A stretch of 64,000 nt of DNA from a virus, in IMG/VR virus record IMGVR_UViG_3300045988_109049; one strand, 5' to 3'. The notes beneath the pieces were generated by a model, which did no database searches, had not been told where the DNA came from, and saw only the letters and a list, made by a program, of their open reading frames with translations. Shown piece after piece: positions 28,094 through 35,704 of the stretch; positions within the stretch are counted from its first letter, which is position 1, and each line of letters begins with the position of its first letter. A program made the position numbers and the translations under genes.

Positions 28094-29318
28094 ATTTACA
28101 ATTTACTAATTTTAATATTCTATTCAATAAAAAACCTATTATATCTGGATTTAAGATGGTAGTAACATAATTATTAATATTATCTCCTTCTGTTATATGA
28201 ACTACTACTTCTTTCCCCTTAAATGTGCCCATCACTCCTAGATTAGATCTATTAATCTCTAAAACATCCCGGGTATTAGTAATTCTGTAAATACTATCCT
28301 TAAATACAAATACCTTGGTTAAAATATTTTCTAGAGACTCTTCCTCTTTTCTTATAATTCCTTTTTGATATATATATCTTCCTTTGGTATTAAACCAAGT
28401 GATAAATTCATTACTTACTAGTAGTATAAATTTCGTTATATTCATACCAATAGAGTAACCCCCATTTTTGTAATTGAAGATAAGTTTTTTCTGTTCTATG
28501 AAATATTTAATGAAATCATAAACCATAGGCTTCAAACATGATGGTATATATACCGAATCATTAAGACCGATATGATCTGTTTTAACACTTCTGTTAGAAG
28601 CCACCTCCTCTAATCTCCTATAAGGACCTCCACTTAGGGATTCTGTTGCTACATACTTCTCCAATTCTACACAAAACAGTCTCCAAATATCCAAATCATA
28701 AAGAACATTCAAGGAATTTACTGTATTTCTTATAGGACCACTTCCCAAACATACTTGAAGAAACTCTTTAGGGTTCCTCTTTGGTATTCCACATACATGG
28801 GAATGCATATAGTCACAAAAATACTGTGTCATTGTATATTCCCCTCTATTAAGAAGGAAGGATCCTACCATAGTACCGTCCATATCTATTGTTACTTTGA
28901 CATATAGTTCAGTAATATCTATAAAATGATCATATTCATTACTAACTCTTACTTCTGGGAAATATACTATGATGTGAGACTGTATCTTACTCCCTAATTT
29001 CAATATTACCTCATCCAGAAGATCCCTAATGCTAGGGATACTACTTAGAATTTCATCAGGTATGTCCTTTATTAATTGTATATTAGACATTTTTTTCTTT
29101 AACCTGGATGACTCCTCAGTGCCCAGTGCTGTTTCAATACTTATATTATCATAAGTTTTCGAGAATTCCTCTTCTATTTCTGAAATGGTAGGAACATCTT
29201 GTAAGTCTACCTTATCTTCTCCAAAGAAATCTTCGAATATTTCTAATACACTTGTTATATTTCGTAAACGTTCCTTACATATTGCTTCTATAACTTTCCT
29301 AGTTTTTTCCCCTATCAT
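28005..29318 (-). CDS. hypothetical protein, first gene of the JAB/E1 operon (candidate E2-like or nucleotidyltransferase-like partner)
   Basis: Clean 437-aa ORF. The segment YMHSHVCGIPKRNPKEFLQVCLGSGPIRNTVNSLNVLYDLDIW could be read as an HPN..C-like E2 motif or as a GS..DxD NTase motif. Neither reading is secure. Confidence 0.7.
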   Translation of the reverse strand: MIGEKTRKVIEAICKERLRNITSVLEIFEDFFGEDKVDLQDVPTISEIEEEFSKTYDNISIETALGTEESSRLKKKMSNIQLIKDIPDEILSSIPSIRDLLDEVILKLGSKIQSHIIVYFPEVRVSNEYDHFIDITELYVKVTIDMDGTMVGSFLLNRGEYTMTQYFCDYMHSHVCGIPKRNPKEFLQVCLGSGPIRNTVNSLNVLYDLDIWRLFCVELEKYVATESLSGGPYRRLEEVASNRSVKTDHIGLNDSVYIPSCLKPMVYDFIKYFIEQKKLIFNYKNGGYSIGMNITKFILLVSNEFITWFNTKGRYIYQKGIIRKEEESLENILTKVFVFKDSIYRITNTRDVLEINRSNLGVMGTFKGKEVVVHITEGDNINNYVTTILNPDIIGFLLNRILKLVNCKYGRNKSSLRDESEKSRGTNNSDDQEFYYL

Positions 29319-29328
29319 ATCATATAAT

Positions 29329-29361
29329 AAAAAAAAAGCAGGTAAGAAGAATCTTACCTGC
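29329..29361 (-). terminator. Intrinsic terminator after the Ubl-like gene
   Basis: Minus strand GCAGGUAAG-loop-CUUACCUGC followed directly by U9. Confidence 0.8.
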
Positions 29362-29378
29362 TAGTAAACAAACCTTTA

Positions 29379-30008
29379 TCAAACAAAATCAAACATTTCA
29401 TCAATCTCATCATCTGAGTAGGTGGAGAGCTCTTTTTTTGGCTTTACAGTGTTAGAGAAGTACTTACCATTAAGAATATTAGTAGCCTCCTCTCTTTCCA
29501 AAATTTCAGCATCTACCAAAGAGTCTAATAGGCATTTAATAGAGGTTTTCAATGAAGTTACTTCTTTCTCTAAATCACCTTTAGGAGCTTCTTTCTTAGA
29601 TGTAGAACCGTGATGCTCTTCAACCAGTTTCAGAAGATCTTCAGATTTACACAGAGTATAATTTTTCCCGTACTTTCTAATACAGGCATCCTCCAAGTGA
29701 TATTCTTTTATACTATTGTAAATCTCTTTTCTATTTACAGCTCCAGATCTAATCTTTTTATTAGGAGAAGTCAACATGAACACAAGCTCATTAGTAGTCT
29801 GTCCTTTATAAAGGACATCATGAGGAAGAATAGAATCATTATTGATTAATTCAGTTTTTGAAAGTCCTTCATAGAATGTCATGTCATGATAATTTACGCC
29901 TGATCTATCCAGATCTCTCTTCAGTTCCCCTAATGTAGTAGCACTAGACATAATTACTTTTTTCTCTTGTGTTCTCGTAGATACGATTGTGATTTTTCTT
30001 GCTTCCAT
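29379..30008 (-). CDS. candidate ubiquitin-like (beta-grasp) protein with a C-terminal HeH/SAP-like and acidic region
   Basis: The first roughly 89 aa (KITIVS..KKVIMSS..TLGELKRDLDRSG..MTFYEG..ELVFMLTSPNKKIRSG) have a beta-beta-alpha-beta-beta pattern like ubiquitin. YTLCKSEDLLKLVEEH looks HeH-like. Confidence 0.45.
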   Translation of the reverse strand: MEARKITIVSTRTQEKKVIMSSATTLGELKRDLDRSGVNYHDMTFYEGLSKTELINNDSILPHDVLYKGQTTNELVFMLTSPNKKIRSGAVNRKEIYNSIKEYHLEDACIRKYGKNYTLCKSEDLLKLVEEHHGSTSKKEAPKGDLEKEVTSLKTSIKCLLDSLVDAEILEREEATNILNGKYFSNTVKPKKELSTYSDDEIDEMFDFV

Positions 30009-30052
30009 AATTAATTTTATTAAATGTTTTTTTTTTTTACTTTTTTTTTCTT

Positions 30053-31054
30053 TTATTTTTCGAATAATTCTTTCATTATTTTAATGAAGTCATTCTTGTC
30101 TTGAAGAGAATGATAAAGGCCTGATATATCATTATCTCCTTCGAATTTAGGTAATATCAAATTAGTAAATCCTGTGGATTTAGCCAGTTTCTCCCCATCT
30201 ATAAGTCCTGCTTCATCATTATCAAATAATATGAATATCCTTTTATACCTTCTTTTAAGCTCATTAATAGCTGTGTTGCTTATTCTATAGCCTTCTCCCT
30301 GAACAGCTAAGGATGGAATTCCGGTATTAGCCCATAAGCAAAGAGCGTCTTTTACAGAAGAACATATGCATACTGAATCTCCATATTCAGGTATTTTTGT
30401 CCACAAACTAATTACAGACAAGTCATGTTTGTTACTCCATTTATAACCATCTTTGTTAAATGGTTGGTAAATCTTCAAAGTAACCTTTCCTTCTTTACGT
30501 TCTACATACGCATAGGCATATTTATCTGCTGCATACACTCTTCTCACTCCATCCTTTATCACGATCTTATGAGATATAGGATAAACATCAGCATATTTTA
30601 ACCATTCCAGACTCACTCCAAAGGATTCCCAGTACTCTATATCATGTTTCCTCCACTCTCTTATTTTGCATTGTAAGTCAATTGACTTATTATAACTTTT
30701 AGTAGTAATTATACTGCAGGAATTATAAGGTCTTATATTAGAATTATTAGAGAATCTAAGCATATCCTTATCTATTCTTTCTAAAACTTCTACATATGAT
30801 ATCCCCCATAGTTTAGACAGAAGGTCAAATAATCCTCCTCTGTCTCCTGTAGATAAATCAACATAAAATATTCTCTTTCCATCTCTAGAGTATAACCCAA
30901 AAGAAGGTCTTTTATCTTCTCTGAGAGGAGAATTTATTATACAAGGTATTTCAGTGATACCCAAATAAAAGTATAGAATACTAGATTCTGTTGTTTTCTT
31001 CAATATGTCCTCTAAGCTAATTGAAGATCTTCCAGAAATAAATGGCATATTCAC
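30053..31054 (-). CDS. DNA primase (Toprim domain)
   Basis: Toprim-like ICSSVKDALCLW..AVQGEGY and ILFDNDEAGL (DxD). Confidence 0.65.
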   Translation of the reverse strand: MNMPFISGRSSISLEDILKKTTESSILYFYLGITEIPCIINSPLREDKRPSFGLYSRDGKRIFYVDLSTGDRGGLFDLLSKLWGISYVEVLERIDKDMLRFSNNSNIRPYNSCSIITTKSYNKSIDLQCKIREWRKHDIEYWESFGVSLEWLKYADVYPISHKIVIKDGVRRVYAADKYAYAYVERKEGKVTLKIYQPFNKDGYKWSNKHDLSVISLWTKIPEYGDSVCICSSVKDALCLWANTGIPSLAVQGEGYRISNTAINELKRRYKRIFILFDNDEAGLIDGEKLAKSTGFTNLILPKFEGDNDISGLYHSLQDKNDFIKIMKELFEK

Positions 31055-31073
31055 ATTATTTTTCTATTTATTA

Positions 31074-32000
31074 TTATTTATCAAACCACGGAGAGGATTG
31101 CATTGGCATGTCAAAAGGAGATCCTGTCTGGGTCAAGTCATTATTGAAGTCAGTCGGTTCTATTGTGTACTCCTTTAAATCACAGACTTCAAATTCTGTA
31201 GTAGGATAAGCTCCAGCGGCTTTTCTGTTTTGAAGTTCTTCATCCAGTTTGCTATAATCTGCTACACTATTCTTCAGGAACTTTTGAACATAAACAGCTT
31301 GATACTGTTTGCCATCTTCAGTAGTTCTTACTCCGAATAGACCTTTGACTCTGTTCTTAGGCTGCAAAGAGATTGCTTCTTTCAATTCTGAATAATCTCC
31401 TTTGAAATAATTTTCAATCTTATCCAATCTAGCTTCCGCATCAGCTTTATTAGGAAGTTCTACCACTTCTCCATTGGATTTTCTATAGGATTTATTAGGA
31501 ATATTTAAATATGCCTTCAAGAATCCTGTAAGATCCTCTTCCCCTATATAAGCTGGCCTAAAATCAGCAGGTTCGAACCAATTAAGATTGGATGGAATAG
31601 TGCCAGATTTTGCATTTTCTATAGGCAGCCAAGTAGTTTCTCCATATTTATTTATTACTTGGACTTTGCTTCCATCTCTGTTATATCTAACCTCCCTGGC
31701 AATGAAGAAAGATATTTTAGTTTTCATATCAATTCCATTGCATTTCTCAGGGTCTGTCTGTACAATAAAATCTATTCTTACTTGAGGAACAGTATGTTTA
31801 TCACCTTCTGGACCAACTTCAACTTCACTTAAATATGAAGGACCATCATTAATAGTGGTATTATACAATTTTTCTAGTGTTTCCTTATCAGGATTAACAG
31901 CTAATACACCTACTGAGCCTACTCCAATATACTTTTTAACTACACTACCTTCTGTAGATTCACTACCCGTAGCAAAAGCCATAAAAATCTTGTTTGTCAT
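31074..32000 (-). CDS. putative single-stranded DNA-binding protein (T7 gp2.5-like class)
   Basis: Position between primase and helicase genes, and an acidic/aromatic C-terminal tail (..DFNNDL..PFDMPMQSSPWFDK). The call rests on context. Confidence 0.4.
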   Translation of the reverse strand: MTNKIFMAFATGSESTEGSVVKKYIGVGSVGVLAVNPDKETLEKLYNTTINDGPSYLSEVEVGPEGDKHTVPQVRIDFIVQTDPEKCNGIDMKTKISFFIAREVRYNRDGSKVQVINKYGETTWLPIENAKSGTIPSNLNWFEPADFRPAYIGEEDLTGFLKAYLNIPNKSYRKSNGEVVELPNKADAEARLDKIENYFKGDYSELKEAISLQPKNRVKGLFGVRTTEDGKQYQAVYVQKFLKNSVADYSKLDEELQNRKAAGAYPTTEFEVCDLKEYTIEPTDFNNDLTQTGSPFDMPMQSSPWFDK

Positions 32001-32026
32001 ATTTAATATTCTCTTTATATAATGTT

Positions 32027-32062
32027 AATAACAATAATAATAATAATAACAATAATAATAAT
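32027..32062. repeat. Exact 18-nt tandem duplication (aataacaataataataat x2) in the intergenic spacer
   Basis: Read directly: 32027-32044 equals 32045-32062. Confidence 0.9.
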
Positions 32063-32071
32063 AAATTTTGT

Positions 32072-32503
32072 TTATACAAATTCTTTCAAGGTAGGTCCTT
32101 GAACATTCTGCTCTTTATCTTCATGATCTATTTCTACAGGATTTGCTACAGAAGCTACTACAGGATCTGAGAAGACTTCATCATGAATCTCATATACCTT
32201 CTTCTCCTCATTGAATACTACTATATTCGACTTTGGTTCATATTTAGTTATTTTGATGGGTTTCCCGTTTCTATCCATCTTGCCAGTGTCCTCTACTACT
32301 CTAGTTATGAGCTCTTCACTAGAATGTCCAGTAAGTATTCTTACTCCAACTTCATGACCCTCTATCTCATTGATCAGATCTTCACATTCTTTGTTCAATT
32401 CTCTTATTTGCTCCAACAATTTATTCTTCTTGGTAACTAAGGAGCTTACATTTTGTGCTACTCTTTTCACAGTAGCTAGTTGTCTAATTGAAATTGTTTT
32501 CAT
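32072..32503 (-). CDS. hypothetical protein (N-terminal coiled coil)
   Basis: Co-oriented ORF. Confidence 0.6.
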   Translation of the reverse strand: MKTISIRQLATVKRVAQNVSSLVTKKNKLLEQIRELNKECEDLINEIEGHEVGVRILTGHSSEELITRVVEDTGKMDRNGKPIKITKYEPKSNIVVFNEEKKVYEIHDEVFSDPVVASVANPVEIDHEDKEQNVQGPTLKEFV

Positions 32504-32504
32504 A

Positions 32505-32765
32505 TTAATAAGCTAAAATTGTTTTGTTATTACTATCTCTTATTTCTACTATATTTAATTTATTCTTGTAGTACTCTAGTATTTCAGTAAAGCATCTATC
32601 CGCTACACCAATGCTAAAAAGGATTGTAATAAAACATTTTGTTAATTCTGTATCTTTATTATGTTCTACACAACAATACTCTAGGAACAACTCCATCATA
32701 GCTGTTCTAGTTAGTTTCCCTCCTGCATTGTTATTTATTATTTTAACTACGGTTTCCCTATCCAT
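32505..32765 (-). CDS. hypothetical protein
   Basis: Co-oriented ORF abutting its neighbours. Confidence 0.55.
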   Translation of the reverse strand: MDRETVVKIINNNAGGKLTRTAMMELFLEYCCVEHNKDTELTKCFITILFSIGVADRCFTEILEYYKNKLNIVEIRDSNNKTILAY

Positions 32766-33132
32766 AAATCTCCTTTAACTTATCTACTATTATAGATAAA
32801 TCATTAGGGATCTCATCAGGAAGATCATCCAATGCCCCAAGACTGTCTTTAGCAGGATACTCCCCGTCAAATTCTTTCACAAAGTGTTTAATGGGTTTTT
32901 TATTCTCTGCGTCATATCCTACCTTGCCAAATAGAATAATATCGAACTTACCTTCAGGTGTTATATAGTCATCCACCATCTTTCCAGTAGTCTTAAACTT
33001 ATAAGAAATGGAATCACCATTTTTATCTTTATACTCCTCATAGTGGGCACAACAGATAATATTCTTATTCTCCGGGAATCCCTTAAAGGCATCAAATATA
33101 AGACCCACACCATAGCCAATCTGCTTAGGTGT
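32758..33132 (-). CDS. AAA_24/Sak4-like ATPase, 3' exon
   Basis: Starts TPKQIGYGVGLIF after the intron-terminal G at 33133. Continues the ATPase core (IICCAHYEE). Confidence 0.65.
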   Translation of the reverse strand, partial: TPKQIGYGVGLIFDAFKGFPENKNIICCAHYEEYKDKNGDSISYKFKTTGKMVDDYITPEGKFDIILFGKVGYDAENKKPIKHFVKEFDGEYPAKDSLGALDDLPDEIPNDLSIIVDKLKEIYG

Positions 33133-33278
33133 CATTTTGTTACCCTAAAGGCTTTTTATCCTTTAGTTCTATAGTTTCTTGCATTGTTACCATAGTTCAG
33201 CATACATTTTCATCCTCTAATTGAGGAGTCGGATACTCTTGGATACATTATATTCTCTATATAATAGAGGTTCAGTAT

Positions 33279-33992
33279 CTATGCGTTACACTGTGCAGTC
33301 CTTTTATCTACTGCATTTAGCACGGTATTAAGTGCTTTATCCCTTTTTCTTTTCAAAAACACTGTAGCATCTTTATACAGATAGTCAAAGATAGCTTTTC
33401 TTACTTTTATACTATAACTAAAATGTAAACTCCAATAGGGAGTGGTCTTTCTATTCTCTTTATAGATTACCCATTTTAGTTCAGGTATAGCTGTTAAAAA
33501 CCTATCTTTAATTTGCTCTGCAAATTTAGGTGAGTTACAAATCATACTGAAATGTCTATCACCAATAGACCCATCTCCATCCATAAAACCTCTTATGAAA
33601 TCTCTTTCATACTCCTGAGGTATATTAGGAAATTCAAAATCAGAATCATAAGTTTTTCTTGGTTGTATATTATATAAAGACCTTAAATCATTTATAAGTT
33701 CCTTATCACATATTTGAAGAATAGTAGTTTGTTTCCTATTACCACTAGGTTGATAATATCTAAGATTGTTATCAGGAGCTATCTCTCTCTGTATTAATCT
33801 TAAAATTTCATCATCTTCAGATACACATCCAAATCTCAATCTTATTAATTTACTAGGTCTGTCTTTTCTTACTGATTCTTCTATAGAACCATCAGCTACT
33901 AAATAGCCTAAAATATAGGCTTTAACTTCAGAGTCGATTATTTTAAAATAATCACTTTTGTGTTCCTTCTTATTAGGAATAAAGTCTCTCAT
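33279..33992 (-). CDS. LAGLIDADG homing endonuclease (double-motif)
   Basis: ILGYLVADGSI and FIRGFMDGDGSI. Confidence 0.85.
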   Translation of the reverse strand: MRDFIPNKKEHKSDYFKIIDSEVKAYILGYLVADGSIEESVRKDRPSKLIRLRFGCVSEDDEILRLIQREIAPDNNLRYYQPSGNRKQTTILQICDKELINDLRSLYNIQPRKTYDSDFEFPNIPQEYERDFIRGFMDGDGSIGDRHFSMICNSPKFAEQIKDRFLTAIPELKWVIYKENRKTTPYWSLHFSYSIKVRKAIFDYLYKDATVFLKRKRDKALNTVLNAVDKRTAQCNA

Positions 33993-34012
33993 ATTATTTA
34001 TATTTTGGTTGG

Positions 34013-34044
34013 CAAATATATAAATAATTTATGAGATATGCAAT
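34013..34044 (-). promoter_or_regulatory. Candidate Bacteroidota-type promoter for the intron LAGLIDADG gene
   Basis: The minus strand reads ATTG (3 of 4 of TTTG), a 20-nt spacer, then TATATTTG (34020-34013). Confidence 0.45.
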
Positions 34045-34107
34045 ACCCTTCACCGTTTTTACCCGATTATTTTCACATAGATTGCTCTATGCAGGGACAC
34101 ACATTCT

Positions 34108-34503
34108 ATCCCATCCACCCTTCATGGCATTCGCCATATAGAAATCCTGAGCAAGATAATTCATATCATCTATAATAATATTCTTATAGGGTGATTTCTT
34201 TATTATGTTAACAATTTCTGCAACCGCTGCAAATCTGTCAAGTCCTGTAAGATTATCTACCTGTACCCTATTTCCTGTAGCAAGAGTATTTATATTTATA
34301 AGTTTCTGTGTAGGTTTACCTACATTCTCTACTCCGATACTACCCTCAATCAATTTAAAGTCAGGGTTAGGAACACCTCTGCCAATACATTGGATAACAT
34401 AGGTTTCTTTTGGATCAAGTCCCTTAATACCTAATTTATCCCTACCACAATAAGAAGTGGTTTTTCCAAACCCACTCTTTGCTAAAACAAGTATCTTAGC
34501 CAT
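34108..34503 (-). CDS. AAA_24/Sak4-like ATPase, 5' exon
   Basis: Walker A LAKSGFGKTTS and Walker B NIIIDDMNYL. The ORF-track tail RMCVPA* is probably intronic. Confidence 0.65.
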
Positions 34504-34510
34504 TCTAATT

Positions 34511-35701
34511 CTACTTTTTAAATTTGTTATACTTCTTATTTATTTTTCTTATTCTATAAGTGATAAAAGACTTATGTACCTTTTTTCCTCCCTTCTCTTC
34601 CTCTGATTCCAAAAAGTTATATACTTTCTGTATAGCTACCCTCTCAGTAGGTAAGGGCAATTCATGAAATACAGATGCTGCTCCATCGAAATATAAGGGG
34701 TATATATTACCTCCACTTCCACTATGTCTATCCTCTAAAATAGAGAGAAATCTTATTTTCTTTTTGAATTTGGTTATGTCATATCCCTCAAACTCTCTCA
34801 AACCATACTTAAAAGGACTGAATAATCCGAATATATAATCTATATCCCTTGAAGTTACCTTGCAATCTCCTAAACCATCCGTAGTGGGATAGAGCATATT
34901 CAACTTCCTATTTTCAATTCCTTCTTGACTTTGAGCTTGATGTTGCACAGCTACTATATGATATTCCAACTGGTCTCTTAAAGTTAGGAAGTATTTACTC
35001 ATTTTCTCTATATTCTCTATCTTATTATAGCCTGACTCTCTAGATAAATTAGTAAAGTTATCTAAGATTATAACATGATAACATTCAGGGTCATTCCATT
35101 CAAAATAGTCGGAAACTTCTATATCTTTTAACTTTTCGGACAAACTATCTTTCACCTGTACAGTCTTTTTATGCAAAGTTCCCCTGGATAAAGCATATTC
35201 TCTACAGAACTTATTAATGCCCGTGGGATTTTTTACATCATCTATAAAGGTCACTATCTCTTGGAATTTTTCAATATAAGTTTTATATCTTTCAGATTCT
35301 ATAAGTTCTAGTTCCCTCTCACCTAAAAGTTTCTCTTTCGATACTGACTTTAGTTGCTGGGTATCTATTCTTATATTATCCAACCTAAATAGTAAATGAC
35401 ATAAAAAATCGTAAAACTTGTCTGTTTTACTCATCTCTAAAGTAAAGTATAGAATCTTGAGATTATAGCTAGCATTTTTCTCTATTATATCAAATATAGG
35501 TTCATATACTAACATGTAATCTACTAACTTACTCTTTCCAACTTTTTGTGAAGCAGTTATTATACCATATCTTTTTTTCTCAAATCCAGGAAAATCATAA
35601 CTCATTCTCTTGAAGGGAATAGGAATACAGTTGGTTTTTCCTTCTATGATTCTATCTCTCCTTTCCTTTAAATCCTTTATAGCTCTAGAATAATCTTCCA
35701 T
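34511..35701 (-). CDS. DnaB-like replicative helicase (RecA-fold C-terminal domain)
   Basis: Walker A TASQKVGKSKL, Walker B HVIILDNFTNL, then VAVQHQAQ. Confidence 0.7.
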   Translation of the reverse strand: MEDYSRAIKDLKERRDRIIEGKTNCIPIPFKRMSYDFPGFEKKRYGIITASQKVGKSKLVDYMLVYEPIFDIIEKNASYNLKILYFTLEMSKTDKFYDFLCHLLFRLDNIRIDTQQLKSVSKEKLLGERELELIESERYKTYIEKFQEIVTFIDDVKNPTGINKFCREYALSRGTLHKKTVQVKDSLSEKLKDIEVSDYFEWNDPECYHVIILDNFTNLSRESGYNKIENIEKMSKYFLTLRDQLEYHIVAVQHQAQSQEGIENRKLNMLYPTTDGLGDCKVTSRDIDYIFGLFSPFKYGLREFEGYDITKFKKKIRFLSILEDRHSGSGGNIYPLYFDGAASVFHELPLPTERVAIQKVYNFLESEEEKGGKKVHKSFITYRIRKINKKYNKFKK

Positions 35702-35704
35702 ACA

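Larger units (their letters stand above)
33133..34107 (-). mobile_element. Group I intron in the ATPase gene with a LAGLIDADG ORF
   Basis: The 3' region is homologous to the UDG intron (GAACUAUGGUAAC...AUAGAACUAA-hairpin-GGGUAACAAAAUG). P7 shows compensatory change (GCAUA 33284-33280 / UAUGC 33203-33199, versus GACUA/UAGUC in the others). The 5' junction after ..GGWD (GAU) is inferred. Confidence 0.7.

Noticed and set aside
30009-30052. Long T/A homopolymer runs (also at 13951-13965, 17888-17900 and 45141-45175), considered as phase-variable tracts.
   Set aside because: A/T runs are expected in such AT-rich intergenic DNA and sit next to terminators or promoters. Only the G tracts are compositionally surprising.
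32758-33135. The C-terminal Gly of the ATPase (..KEIYG*) as a possible Ubl-like conjugation end.
   Set aside because: The protein is a RecA/AAA-type ATPase with no beta-grasp pattern. A single terminal Gly is not meaningful by itself.
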